Shown one piece after another: positions 9,951 to 20,380 of a stretch of 64,000 nt of DNA. The stretch is from an uncultured Bacteroidia bacterium (lineage in GTDB: Bacteria > Bacteroidota > Bacteroidia > NS11-12g > UBA9320), in NCBI GenBank assembly GCA_943846675.1, contig OX044357.1, forward strand, positions 1,991,073 to 2,055,072, given 5' to 3'. The notes beneath the pieces were generated by a model that saw nothing but the letters and a program-made list of their open reading frames with translations, was not told the DNA's origin and searched no databases. The position numbers were made by a program, and so were the translations under genes. The number at the start of each line of letters is the position of its first letter. Positions within the stretch are counted from its first letter, which is position 1.

Positions 9951-10949
9951 TTAATAAAACCTTCTAAAACCAATAATTTCCCTTACTTCTTTTAAGGTTG
10001 CCTCTGCACTTGATTTAGCCTTTTCTGCACCTGCTTCAGTTACTTGCTTAAGGTAGGTTTTATCTTCTTTTATTTCTTGTATGCGTTCTCTTATAGGTGC
10101 TATAAATGTAAGCACATCTTCAGACAGCTGTTTCTTGAAGTCTCCATATCTAATTTCACATTTGTTATACAATGCATCAAAGTGATCAACTGTATCAGCA
10201 GAAGAAACAAGAGACATGATGTCAAACAAATTTTGAATGGCTTCGGGTTTTTCTTGATTCATGGATTCTGGTCCAGAGTCAGTTACAGCCCGCATTATTT
10301 TTTTGTGCGTCACTTTTTCTTCGTCATCAAAAAATATAGCATCTCCTTCCCCACCACTCTTACTCATTTTGCCGTTGTTGGTCAATCCAGGAACCTTGAT
10401 TAATTTGCCCGTTCGACTATACGCTTCAGGCTCGTTAAAACATTGTACACCGTACATATGGTTAAATCTTTTGGCAAAATCCCGTGTCATCTCCAAATGT
10501 TGTTCTTGATCTTTTCCGACAGGAACAACGTCCGCTTTATGTATCAGGATGTCTACCGCCATTAATACTGGATAGGTAAGCAAGCCAGCATTTACATTGT
10601 TACGTTGTGTCTTTACCTTTTCTTTAAAAGAAGCAGACCGCTCTAACTCCCCTAAATATGCATTCATATTCATGTATGTATACAATTCAGATATTTGAGG
10701 GACATCGCTTTGAACAAACAGCGTACATTTTTCAGGATCTAAGCCCATAGCCAAATACTCGGCCAAAACTTGATGCACATTACTATGTAAATCTGCAGGC
10801 GTAGGATGCGTGGTTAGGGAGTGAATGTCAGCGATAAAAAAGAAAGCATTATGGGTTTCCTGCATTTGCAAAAAACTTTTAACAGCACCAAAGTAATTAC
10901 CCAAATGTAACTTCCCTGTTGGCCTAATTCCGCTTACAACTGTCTTCAT
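9951..10949 (-). CDS. trpS: Tryptophan--tRNA ligase
   Basis: PTGKLHLGNY (HIGH), YPVLMAVDIL, VPVGKDQEQH, KMSKS; -7 box TATTTTTG at 10969-10976 (-). Confidence 0.97.
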   Translation of the reverse strand: MKTVVSGIRPTGKLHLGNYFGAVKSFLQMQETHNAFFFIADIHSLTTHPTPADLHSNVHQVLAEYLAMGLDPEKCTLFVQSDVPQISELYTYMNMNAYLGELERSASFKEKVKTQRNNVNAGLLTYPVLMAVDILIHKADVVPVGKDQEQHLEMTRDFAKRFNHMYGVQCFNEPEAYSRTGKLIKVPGLTNNGKMSKSGGEGDAIFFDDEEKVTHKKIMRAVTDSGPESMNQEKPEAIQNLFDIMSLVSSADTVDHFDALYNKCEIRYGDFKKQLSEDVLTFIAPIRERIQEIKEDKTYLKQVTEAGAEKAKSSAEATLKEVREIIGFRRFY

Positions 10950-11024
10950 AACTGAGATTTTTCAGCGGCAAAAATACGACTTAGGTATAACCTAAAAGAA
11001 TATGTGAATAAAAGCTCGGTGATT

Positions 11025-11669
11025 TTAAATTAGTCCTAAACTCTTTGCTTTAGAAACCAGTTCGGCTGGCCGACTCACCCCAAGTTTTACGTTTAAGTTT
11101 CTTCTGTGTGAATTAACCGTGTGTTTGCTAATGTAGAGTTGTTCAGCGATGGCATCTGTTGTCATTCCCTTTGCAATCAACTCCAAGATGCCTAACTCAC
11201 GTTTAGACAGGTTTATCTTTTTACCATTTAACTCTATATTAGGCTTAAAGTCGTTCACTATGGCTTCAAGGATTTCTGTTCCAAAGTATTGTTGCCCGCT
11301 AATGACGGATTCCAATGCCGCACGTAATATGTCAAAATCCGTGTTTTTTAAAAGATACCCATCGGCACCCAGCTGCACGATATTCTTAATGGATTTAACA
11401 TCAATATGCATGGTTAATACAATTACCTTGGTATTGCTGTTGCTTCCCTTTATGCGCTGTGTCAGCTCCATACCAGACATTTCAGGCATGGATAAATCTG
11501 TGAGTACAATGTCAACGTCATTGTATTCCAAGAAAGTCAATGCTTCTTTTGGGTTTGTAAACCCTTTGAGAACGGTCACACCGTCAATTTTTTCAAGTAA
11601 AATAATCAAACCGTCTAAAACGATTTGGTGATCATCAACTACAATTAATTTTTTATTTGGTTTTGCCAC
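11025..11669 (-). CDS. NarL/LuxR-family response regulator
   Basis: REC domain (DD, DLSMP, T, K intact) plus LSKRE...HTVNSHRRN LuxR HTH. Confidence 0.93.
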   Translation of the reverse strand: MAKPNKKLIVVDDHQIVLDGLIILLEKIDGVTVLKGFTNPKEALTFLEYNDVDIVLTDLSMPEMSGMELTQRIKGSNSNTKVIVLTMHIDVKSIKNIVQLGADGYLLKNTDFDILRAALESVISGQQYFGTEILEAIVNDFKPNIELNGKKINLSKRELGILELIAKGMTTDAIAEQLYISKHTVNSHRRNLNVKLGVSRPAELVSKAKSLGLI

Positions 11670-11682
11670 TGGTTAATACGTT

Positions 11683-13536
11683 TTATATAATTATTGGGAG
11701 TTCTAAGATTACTGTTGTACCTGATTTTTCGTTGCTGTCAATTGCAAAGCTACCGCCTACTTTTTCTATGCGCTTTCTAATATTGGGTATACCTAAGCCA
11801 TTTGAACGATCCATATTCTCTTTGTCAAAGCCAGACCCGTTGTCTTCAACGATTAAACTCATCTTGCCATGCTCTTTTATTAAATGAATGTCAATAACAT
11901 CAGCGACACCATGTTTTAGAGCGTTACTTACCAATTCCTGTAAAATGCGATAAAGTACAATTTCTTGCTGACCCGAGAGTCTTTCATCCATGCCATGATG
12001 GAACAAATTGATTTTTATTTTACCACTGGCTTGAATCGCTTCAATCAAATGCTCAACGGCGTGCATCAAACCAAATTTGGCTAAAACACCAGATGCCAAA
12101 TCGTGTGATATCTTACGCACTTCAGAAGCGGCTTCATCAATCAATTTTTTTGCTACATCAAACCTAATTTTTGCCGACTCTTGCTTCTCTCCAAAATGCT
12201 CATCCATGGAACTAAAGTTTAGCTTAACCGCGCTTAAAATGCTCCCAAGCCTATCATTTAATTCTATTGCTATTCTGTTCCGCTCGTTGGATTGAGCCTC
12301 AAGCATAATGTCAATGTTTTGAATCTCCTGTGTCTTTAACATGGCATCCACTTTCTGACTGTAAATTTGTCGATCTCTAAGGGCTAGTTTCCTGCTTTGG
12401 AATAACGACCAGATGATAAACAAACTTATTAAACCGAGAACAACAGAAATAAAAATGATTAGTCTTTGGCTGCCTTCTCTCTCCTGAATTTGGTTCAGTA
12501 ATCTTAAATTTTCTGATTCCGTTTCTGCCGTTTGATATTTTACTTCGAACTCCTCAAAAGATTGTGAACGTGCCTCGTCTTGATTGTCTTGTACTTTTTT
12601 AACATAACGCTCATAGGCATCTCCAACAATATCCGCTGACTTGCTTTGGTCACGATAACTAATCGCTATAGCGCCCAACGTTACTTCTTCTAAATCGCTT
12701 AACCCGTATCTTATGGACAACTGAAGTGCGGAATCCAAGAATGCTTCTGAAAGTTCAGGGTTTTCAAACTGTAAATCTTGTCCACAATTTAAGTATATCG
12801 TCGCTAGTGAAACATGAAGTTCTTCAGCACGTGCAAGACTTAAGGCTTTGTTTAGATATAGACTTCCGGTGTCTTTCGATCCAAAATCTCTATTGAACAA
12901 TCCATAGTTGTTATATAGTGTAACTAGAAAACCACTATTGCTAGACTGCTTTGCATAAAGAATCGCCTTGGCAAAGAGCTTATCGGCTTTATCATATTGT
13001 TTAAGTTGAATATGACATATTGCACCGTTTGTTGCCGCCTTAGCCATTAACTCGTACTCGTTTTGGGTACCTAACGTGTTATAGGCACTGTCAGAATAAA
13101 CACTGGCTTTCTCAAAGTTTCCAATGCACATGTATGCCGTACTGATGCTACTAAACGCCTTGCCAATTAATGTTGTATCGGCTAATGCGTAACCAATGTT
13201 TAGCGCGTTCCGGAACATCCAGATTGAACTGTCACAGGTTCCTCTTTCGTAATGCACACGCCCCAACACCAATTGCGCTCGAGCTTGGCTCTTTAAATCA
13301 TTGTCTAATTGTGCTTGGTTTAAGACCGACTTGCTTAACAACTTGGCTGAGTCAAGGTCGACTTTTAAAAATGTTCTAGCTACGTCGTTTAACGAATCTA
13401 ACTGCGTAAGAACAGGTTTGTCTTGTTTGCTCTCTTTTTGAACGCATCCATGCGTACAGAGAAGCAAAGTAAACGACATTGCCATCCAAATAGTAGCCCT
13501 AAAATTCAAATACACACGCTCTTGTAGCACAGTCAC
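11683..13536 (-). CDS. TPR-containing HisKA_3-type sensor kinase with H-box His replaced by Asn
   Basis: TPR periplasmic region, TM, ERNRIAIELNDRLG (canonical ELHD), N box QELVSNALKH, G boxes DNGSGF and GLG. Confidence 0.88.
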   Translation of the reverse strand: MTVLQERVYLNFRATIWMAMSFTLLLCTHGCVQKESKQDKPVLTQLDSLNDVARTFLKVDLDSAKLLSKSVLNQAQLDNDLKSQARAQLVLGRVHYERGTCDSSIWMFRNALNIGYALADTTLIGKAFSSISTAYMCIGNFEKASVYSDSAYNTLGTQNEYELMAKAATNGAICHIQLKQYDKADKLFAKAILYAKQSSNSGFLVTLYNNYGLFNRDFGSKDTGSLYLNKALSLARAEELHVSLATIYLNCGQDLQFENPELSEAFLDSALQLSIRYGLSDLEEVTLGAIAISYRDQSKSADIVGDAYERYVKKVQDNQDEARSQSFEEFEVKYQTAETESENLRLLNQIQEREGSQRLIIFISVVLGLISLFIIWSLFQSRKLALRDRQIYSQKVDAMLKTQEIQNIDIMLEAQSNERNRIAIELNDRLGSILSAVKLNFSSMDEHFGEKQESAKIRFDVAKKLIDEAASEVRKISHDLASGVLAKFGLMHAVEHLIEAIQASGKIKINLFHHGMDERLSGQQEIVLYRILQELVSNALKHGVADVIDIHLIKEHGKMSLIVEDNGSGFDKENMDRSNGLGIPNIRKRIEKVGGSFAIDSNEKSGTTVILELPIII

Positions 13537-13628
13537 TTTTAAACTGCAATATATTATTTACAACGTATAGAAGAGAAAAAAAGAGAGGCAAACCGGCGAT
13601 TCAAGTAGCACTAACTAGTTATATGTAA

Positions 13629-14324
13629 CTACAGCACAAATGCCCCATTTTTATGGGTGTTGTAACACCCTAAAGCGGAGTTTACGTATTTAATATTTGA
13701 AGCGTTTAAAGAATCTAGATTGTCTATCACATCCTGAAATGTGGTAGCGGTTTTTATGGCATATTCAAAATCCAGCGCTCCAGAGCTAATGTTTAAGTGT
13801 TTCATAGCCCGTGGATTAAAACCGAGAGACAAAACTGCCGCTTTGGTCTTTACGTTCTGCTTTTCAAATTTCGCATAATCCTCTAAAGACTTATCTACTT
13901 GACCTTTGGTTTCGCAGTCGCTAATAAGAAAGAAAACACGATCATCTGCATCAAAAATAGACAAACATTCGATTAAATCTTTTCGCCTAAACACCTTGTT
14001 ATCAGACAACAACAATGATTTATTCCCTCTTTTTTTAAATGGATTAAACCATCTTCCTTCGACATAAGACAAACCAGATATGCTTATAAAATACAGGCCC
14101 TTGCTTGGCGTGTCTTTTTTTATTTGAGTCAATTGCTGCTTAATCTGCTCTGAGCTGATCTCTGTTTTAGAGCTTAGTATTAACTCAGATTCATACCCCT
14201 TTTGCTTTGCAAACAGATGAAAATAATCGGCATCTTTCTCTCCATCAAACTGCAAATCATGATGTAAAGCATTGTTGATTCCAAAATGTATAGCCGTTTT
14301 ATTTTGCCATTTCTCTTGACCCAT
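13629..14324 (-). CDS. Caspase-like (peptidase C14 fold) protein with degenerate catalytic dyad
   Basis: AIHFGIN, EKDA..F...AKQKGY, FISISGLS (vs YSGHG), LLLSD, RVFFLISDC (vs LSDSCHSG) align in order with bacterial metacaspases. Confidence 0.62.
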   Translation of the reverse strand: MGQEKWQNKTAIHFGINNALHHDLQFDGEKDADYFHLFAKQKGYESELILSSKTEISSEQIKQQLTQIKKDTPSKGLYFISISGLSYVEGRWFNPFKKRGNKSLLLSDNKVFRRKDLIECLSIFDADDRVFFLISDCETKGQVDKSLEDYAKFEKQNVKTKAAVLSLGFNPRAMKHLNISSGALDFEYAIKTATTFQDVIDNLDSLNASNIKYVNSALGCYNTHKNGAFVL

Positions 14325-14414
14325 TCTCCGTAGTTGTAGTAAATATTATTTCCGATTTCTGTAACAGAAATCAAGTGTTTAATACAAAACACGATTTAAT
14401 ACCTCTAGAAAACA

Positions 14415-14430
14415 TCACTACTTGTAGTGA
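14415..14430. promoter_or_regulatory. Perfect 7-2-7 inverted repeat; candidate NarL-family operator
   Basis: TCACTAC-TT-GTAGTGA, ~90 nt upstream of the caspase-like gene. Confidence 0.6.
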
Positions 14431-14460
14431 ATTTACGGATTTGGTGAAATATCAGTAATA

Positions 14461-16221
14461 TTAAGCCTCCTCGAATTGTTGACTCATCAACAGCTTATGA
14501 TAGGCTCCTTTTTGGCTAACCAAAAGGTCGTGTGACCCTTTTTCTAAGACTTTCCCCTTGTCTAACACTAGAATCGTATCTGCATTGCGAATGGTGCTGA
14601 GTCTATGCGCAATAACAATAGAGGTTCGGCCATGCATTAGCTTTGTTATGGCTTCTTGAATTATTGCTTCAGTTTCTGAATCAACAGATGACGTTGCCTC
14701 GTCTAAGATGAGAATTTTAGGGTTAAATGCGAGCGCGCGTGCAAACGAGATTAATTGACGCTGACCAACGGATAAAGAACTGCCACGTTCCATTACATTG
14801 TAATCGTAACCGCCTTCCATACGTTGAATAAAATCGTGGGCGCCAATTTGTTTTGCCGCCTCCATCATGTCCTCTGTAGAAATACGATCTTCAACCAATC
14901 GAATATTTTCTTCAACGGTGCCCGAAAACAAAAACACGTCTTGCAGTACAAAAGCAATTTGACTTCTTAAGCTCTTTAACTCCCACTTTTTTATATCTAC
15001 GCCATCCACGCTTATCTCGCCAGATTGGTAGTCGTAAAACTTGGTTAACAAGTTAACTAAAGTCGATTTTCCTGAACCTGTCGCCCCTACAATGGCAAGT
15101 GTTTTACCAGGCTCTACATCAAACGAAATGTCATGTATTATTTGTTCTTCAGGCGTATAGCCAAAAGAAACATGGTCGAATTTCACATTACCTATTACTT
15201 CAGCCTCATGGGTACCATTTTCTTCTACATACGTAGGGTCATCAATCAACGCAAATATCCTTTCAGAGGCAACCATTCCCATTTGCATGGTATTAAACCT
15301 GTCTGCAATCATTCGAATCGGTCTAAAAAACATGTTTAAGTACAAAATGAACGACACCATTACACCAGGCGTTATACTGCCGCTAAGCGCGTTACGAGAT
15401 CCGTACCAAACCATTAATCCGATTGATGTAGCTGTTATGATTTCCACTATCGGAAAGAAAATAGCGTAGTGAAAAATTGATTTTTTATTCGCTTCTAGAT
15501 GCAGTCGATTAATGTCCTTAAACTTTTTCATCTCTGCAGCCTCTCGATTAAAAATTTGCACCACACTCATTCCAGTGATGTGTTCTTGAACAAATGAATT
15601 TAATCTGGAGATTTGAGTCCGGACTTGTTGGAAAGCACTTTTTACGCCTTTACGGAATTGATTTGATGCGTATATCAACAATGGCAAAACGGCCAAGCAA
15701 ATTAATGTCAGCTTCCAATCGGTATAGAACATCAAAAAGGTAATCACAAACAAGGTCAGAAAATCACCTGATATGGTTATGATTCCCTGAGAAAAAATAT
15801 TGGCTACCGTTTCGATATCCGATACACTTCTGGTAACCATGGTACCAATTGGTGTTTTGTCGTAGAACTTGACTTTTAGGCTCGTTAGGTGTTTAAACAC
15901 GCGAACACGCAAAGCACTTATTACTTCTTGGCCCAACCAATTGGTTAAATACGTATTGACAAACATGATTAATGTTTGCAAAATCAGCAGGCTTATCAAC
16001 AAGATTAGCATCCGTGTCAAGCCTTCCAAGTCACCATTTGCGATATACTTATCCAGCGAAAGGCGAATTAACACCGGCTGTAACGGCATCAATATGGCCA
16101 ATGAGATGGTCGTAAACACGGCAATCAAACCATATTTCTTGTATGGCGTTGCCAACAAAACAATACGTCTCAATAGCTTGAGATCGAACGCATTACCTGT
16201 TTTGTCGTTACTATTACTCAC
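14461..16221 (-). CDS. ABC exporter, fused permease/ATPase (MsbA/MdlB-like)
   Basis: 6-TM domain, GATGSGKST, LSVGQRQ, ILDEATS, IAHRLST. Confidence 0.93.
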   Translation of the reverse strand: MSNSNDKTGNAFDLKLLRRIVLLATPYKKYGLIAVFTTISLAILMPLQPVLIRLSLDKYIANGDLEGLTRMLILLISLLILQTLIMFVNTYLTNWLGQEVISALRVRVFKHLTSLKVKFYDKTPIGTMVTRSVSDIETVANIFSQGIITISGDFLTLFVITFLMFYTDWKLTLICLAVLPLLIYASNQFRKGVKSAFQQVRTQISRLNSFVQEHITGMSVVQIFNREAAEMKKFKDINRLHLEANKKSIFHYAIFFPIVEIITATSIGLMVWYGSRNALSGSITPGVMVSFILYLNMFFRPIRMIADRFNTMQMGMVASERIFALIDDPTYVEENGTHEAEVIGNVKFDHVSFGYTPEEQIIHDISFDVEPGKTLAIVGATGSGKSTLVNLLTKFYDYQSGEISVDGVDIKKWELKSLRSQIAFVLQDVFLFSGTVEENIRLVEDRISTEDMMEAAKQIGAHDFIQRMEGGYDYNVMERGSSLSVGQRQLISFARALAFNPKILILDEATSSVDSETEAIIQEAITKLMHGRTSIVIAHRLSTIRNADTILVLDKGKVLEKGSHDLLVSQKGAYHKLLMSQQFEEA

Positions 16222-16226
16222 TTGTT

Positions 16227-16973
16227 TTAAATTTCTTTCCAGTCAGTCGTGTTGTATGCCACATGTTCTAAAAACAAACCTTGCGCTGGGACAGAATATC
16301 CTGCGCGCTGTCTGTTTTGAGAAACGATTATATCTTCAAACTCCTGAAGTGATATTTTGTTTTCTCCAACCTCTAATAAAGTCCCCACAATTGCCCTTAC
16401 CATATTTCGTAAAAACCGGTTTGCGGTGATGGTTAAAACCAACATCGACTTTTCCTCTGTCCATTCTGCCTCTGTTACATCGCAAATATTGGTTTTATTT
16501 TGCGTATGACTTTTACAGAAAGCACCGAACTCTTTATGGTTCATAAGAATGGCGCAAGCTTGATTCATTAAATCAACATTTAATGTACGGTAGAACACCA
16601 TCGAATAGTGACGATTAAAAGGATTCTTTTCTCGCGATATATAATATCGATACGTTCGCGCAGTTGCATCAAATCTGGCATTAAAGTTATCAGGCACAGC
16701 ATAAACAGCGTCTATACCAATATCTTTTGGCAGTACATTGTTTAATCTGAACAAGAAGTCACTGGCAAGGTCACCATCGTAATTAAAATGAGCAATAAAG
16801 TGTTTGGCGTGAACACCAGTGTCGGTTCTACCGCAGCCAGTAATAGGTGTTTTTTTTCTTAGAAGCTTATGCAATGCTTCTTGAATAACTTCCTGAACCG
16901 TTTCGACGTTGTTTTGGAATTGCCAACCATGGTAATTCCCACCGTCATATTTGAGCTCTAATGCTATACGCAT
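16227..16973 (-). CDS. truA: tRNA pseudouridine(38-40) synthase
   Basis: YDG..YHGWQ.Q, GRTDTGVHA, FNARFDA, FLRNMVR.IVG. Confidence 0.96.
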   Translation of the reverse strand: MRIALELKYDGGNYHGWQFQNNVETVQEVIQEALHKLLRKKTPITGCGRTDTGVHAKHFIAHFNYDGDLASDFLFRLNNVLPKDIGIDAVYAVPDNFNARFDATARTYRYYISREKNPFNRHYSMVFYRTLNVDLMNQACAILMNHKEFGAFCKSHTQNKTNICDVTEAEWTEEKSMLVLTITANRFLRNMVRAIVGTLLEVGENKISLQEFEDIIVSQNRQRAGYSVPAQGLFLEHVAYNTTDWKEI

Positions 16974-16978
16974 TTAAT

Positions 16979-18175
16979 CTAAAGCTTTTCGAAAATAACG
17001 GCTTTACCCTGACCAACACCAACACACATCGTGGCTAAACCATACCGGACGTCTTGCTTTTGCATTTCGTGTAGTAAGGTAGTTGAAATTCGAGCACCGC
17101 TGGCTCCTAGCGGATGACCAATGGCTATTGACCCACCATTCACGTTTACCAAGTCCATGTTTACGTCTAACTCAGTTGCACAAGCTATGGCCTGAGCCGC
17201 AAAAGCTTCATTCAGTTCAATTAAGCCAATGTCCTGCATATTCAAACCAGCGCGTTTTAGTGCTTTTTGAGTTGCTGATACTGGGCCTATACCCATGATA
17301 TCTGGGTGCACTCCTGTTTCAGCCTCTGCGACAACCCGTGCGATAGGTTTCAAATTCATGGATTTGACCGCTTCTTCAGAAGCCATCAACAACATAGCTG
17401 CTCCATCATTTATTCCTGATGAATTACCCGCAGTTACAGTTCCTCCCTCACGGAAAGCAGGCCTCAAGGTTGATAATTTTTCTATTGAACTTAACCTTGG
17501 ATGTTCGTCTTTATTAAAGATGATAGGATCAGATTTACGCTGCGGAATAGACACTGCAGTCAGCTCATTATTAAACTTTCCTGCTTTGTGCGCAGCATCA
17601 TATTTAACTTGTGTATGATGAGAGAATTCATCTTGAGACTCTCTCGAGATATTCCATTTTTCAGCCACATTTTCAGCTGTTTCACCCATAGCAAATGGAT
17701 GGTATTCTTTGGCCAGTTTGGGATTTGTAAACCGCCACCCTATCGATGTATCGTAAATTTCTGGTTTTCTGGAAAAAGCCGTTTCAGCCTTAGCCATAAC
17801 AAAAGGTGCTCTGGTCATACTTTCTACTCCACCAGCTAGGTATAAATCACCATAACCAACCATTAGACTTTTGGCCGCATCGCCAATGGCTTGCAATCCG
17901 CTTGCGCAAAGTCTATTGACCGTCACCCCTGGCACTGTAATCGGAAGACCAGCCATTAATACCGCCATTCGTGCGACATCTCGATTGTCTTCGCCAGCTT
18001 GATTTGCTGCGCCCATTATCACATCCTCAACTCGACTAAAATCTACAGATGCATTACGCTCTACAATGGATTTAATTACAATGGCGGCAAGATCATCTGG
18101 ACGAATACTTGCCAAACTACCTCCAAATTTTCCGACTGGTGTGCGCACCGCATCAATGACGTAAGCTGTTTTCAT
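16979..18175 (-). CDS. pcaF: Acetyl-CoA C-acyltransferase (PcaF/PaaJ-type thiolase)
   Basis: NQAGEDNRDVARM, NRLCASG, NEAFA, GHPLGASG, MCVGVGQG. Thiolase is certain; the subtype is inferred. Confidence 0.8.
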   Translation of the reverse strand: MKTAYVIDAVRTPVGKFGGSLASIRPDDLAAIVIKSIVERNASVDFSRVEDVIMGAANQAGEDNRDVARMAVLMAGLPITVPGVTVNRLCASGLQAIGDAAKSLMVGYGDLYLAGGVESMTRAPFVMAKAETAFSRKPEIYDTSIGWRFTNPKLAKEYHPFAMGETAENVAEKWNISRESQDEFSHHTQVKYDAAHKAGKFNNELTAVSIPQRKSDPIIFNKDEHPRLSSIEKLSTLRPAFREGGTVTAGNSSGINDGAAMLLMASEEAVKSMNLKPIARVVAEAETGVHPDIMGIGPVSATQKALKRAGLNMQDIGLIELNEAFAAQAIACATELDVNMDLVNVNGGSIAIGHPLGASGARISTTLLHEMQKQDVRYGLATMCVGVGQGKAVIFEKL

Positions 18176-18194
18176 ATTGCAATTTTTGAGCGTG

Positions 18195-18222
18195 CAAAGG
18201 TATTGATAATGGCTTAATTTTG
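18195..18222. promoter_or_regulatory. Closely spaced divergent -7 boxes
   Basis: TACCTTTG on - (18195-18202) toward the thiolase; TAATTTTG on + (18215-18222) toward DUF4293. Confidence 0.55.
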
Positions 18223-18227
18223 TCCAT

Positions 18228-18731
18228 ATGATTCAACGATTGCAAAGCCTCTATTTGATAGCCATTACCATAATAAGTAGTTTGCTTCTTTTTGGCGACA
18301 TTCCTTTCTATTCAGAAACTGGCAAACCGAGTGTTGCCAATGAAAATACCGGTGACGCAACAGCATATGCTTCAACGACCATCACGGTAGATTACAATTC
18401 TACGGATACAGAAGAAGGTAAAATCGGGACGAACCATACGATAATTTACTTCCTTGGTGGCATAGCTCTACTATCCTTAATTACCCTATTTTTATTTAAG
18501 AAAAGAAAATTACAGCAGCGTTTGGTATTTGGCATAATGGCTATGAACGTGGTAGTGATTGTGGCGATGTATTTGGTTAGCTTCGGTAATGGGTATACAG
18601 ACATTGATACCAAACAGGCGGTGTTAAATGGGGCGGGTATACCCTTAGCCATTTTCGTTTTCGCCATTCTGGCGTATCAAAGGATTGGTAAAGACGAAAA
18701 ACTTGTACGTTCACTAGATCGTATTCGTTAG
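18228..18731 (+). CDS. DUF4293 family membrane protein
   Basis: MIQRLQSLYL start, LFKKRKLQ, and I.KDEKLVRS.DRIR end. Confidence 0.88.
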   Translation: MIQRLQSLYLIAITIISSLLLFGDIPFYSETGKPSVANENTGDATAYASTTITVDYNSTDTEEGKIGTNHTIIYFLGGIALLSLITLFLFKKRKLQQRLVFGIMAMNVVVIVAMYLVSFGNGYTDIDTKQAVLNGAGIPLAIFVFAILAYQRIGKDEKLVRSLDRIR

Positions 18732-20380
18732 TGCAAGACCTGTTAAACATACAAAACTTAGACATATCATTCCCGTCTGACAATGGACCTGAGCAGGTTG
18801 TCAAAGGTTTCAACTTGACCTTACAACCAGGTCAAATCATCGGAATCGTTGGAGAATCTGGATCTGGCAAGAGTGTTAGTGTTTTGAGTCTTACTCGACT
18901 CATTTCTAATGCGATTTGTAGGGCCGACAACATGTCTTTCACCTCAGAAAAAGGGATTGAACTTGACCTTTTAAACTCAGATGATGCCGATTTAGAAACC
19001 ATCCGTGGTAATGAAATATCGTATATATTTCAAGAACCTATGACGGCTTTGCATCCGCTATTTACCTGTGGACAGCAAGTAGTTGAAGCCATTGTTCAGC
19101 ATCAGTCTATTAACAAAACTAAAGCAAAGAAAAAGGCACTTGACTTGCTTATTGAGATGCAACTTCCAGAGCCCGAAAGACTGTATAAACGTTACCCACA
19201 TCAACTATCTGGAGGACAAAGACAACGGGTAATGATTGCCATTGCTTTGGCCAACAACCCTTCCATTCTTATTGCAGACGAGCCTACAACGGCGCTAGAT
19301 AGTGTGCTTCAAAAAGCCTTAACACAGCACATGGTTGAAAGCTGTAAAAAAAGAAATACTGGACTTGTATTAATCTCACATGATTTACAATTGGTCAAAG
19401 ATTTTACAGACGAAATTATCGTTATGTATAAGGGCGATATCATAGAAACAGGGTCTACCGCGCAAGTGGTAAACAACCCACAGAGCGTTTACACCAAGAG
19501 CCTGTTGCAATGCCAACCCAAGTTTACAAACCGATCTACCGTGCTTCCCACCATCCATGAACTTGCCGATTATGTAGATGGAGAATTTGTAGCCAAACCA
19601 TTTAATAATCACAGCTTTACATTTCAAAAAATTGACGACGCGGCCTACATTGAAGTACAAAACATTTCTAAATCATTTCCAAACGGCAAGACGGTAACCA
19701 AAGCGTTAACCGACGTAAGTTTTGACATACACAAAGGGGAAACACTAGGATTAATTGGAGAGTCTGGATGCGGAAAATCAACGCTTTCTAAAATAATTAT
19801 ACAACTTCTGGAGGCAGACAGTGGCCGTATCACTTTTCAGGGTAAGCCGGCCAACAGTGATCGTAAGGCATTTGCCAAGAAGGTTCAGATGATATTTCAA
19901 GACCCCTATGCCTCGCTCAATCCTGCCATGAAGGTTGGTGATATTATTTCGGAACCTATTCGGGTACATAAACTGGCGCAAGGAAAGCAAGCGATAAAAG
20001 AAAAAGTACATGCGCTGTTGATTGAAGTTGGGTTACGAGAGAAAGATTATGCTAAATACCCGCATGAATTTTCTGGTGGTCAACGACAACGTGTAAGCAT
20101 AGCCCGTGCGTTAGCTGTAGAGCCAGATTTGATTATTTGCGACGAGTCGGTTTCGGCTTTAGATATATCCGTACAGGCGCAAATACTTAATTTGTTTAAC
20201 CAGCTGAAAGTGAATAGGCAATTAACCTATTTGTTTATTAGTCATGATTTAAACGTTGTGAGTTATATCTGCGATCGTATCGTTGTGATGCAAGAAGGAA
20301 AAGTTGTTGAACTGAGTGATACTGAGTCACTTGTTGAAAATCCGAAAGAAGCCTATACCAAGAAGTTATTGCAGGCTTAA
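18731..20380 (+). CDS. Dual-ATPase ABC transporter ATP-binding protein (dipeptide/oligopeptide type)
   Basis: Two cassettes: GESGSGKS and GESGCGKS, YPHQLSGGQRQR and YPHEFSGGQRQR. Confidence 0.93.
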   Translation: MQDLLNIQNLDISFPSDNGPEQVVKGFNLTLQPGQIIGIVGESGSGKSVSVLSLTRLISNAICRADNMSFTSEKGIELDLLNSDDADLETIRGNEISYIFQEPMTALHPLFTCGQQVVEAIVQHQSINKTKAKKKALDLLIEMQLPEPERLYKRYPHQLSGGQRQRVMIAIALANNPSILIADEPTTALDSVLQKALTQHMVESCKKRNTGLVLISHDLQLVKDFTDEIIVMYKGDIIETGSTAQVVNNPQSVYTKSLLQCQPKFTNRSTVLPTIHELADYVDGEFVAKPFNNHSFTFQKIDDAAYIEVQNISKSFPNGKTVTKALTDVSFDIHKGETLGLIGESGCGKSTLSKIIIQLLEADSGRITFQGKPANSDRKAFAKKVQMIFQDPYASLNPAMKVGDIISEPIRVHKLAQGKQAIKEKVHALLIEVGLREKDYAKYPHEFSGGQRQRVSIARALAVEPDLIICDESVSALDISVQAQILNLFNQLKVNRQLTYLFISHDLNVVSYICDRIVVMQEGKVVELSDTESLVENPKEAYTKKLLQA

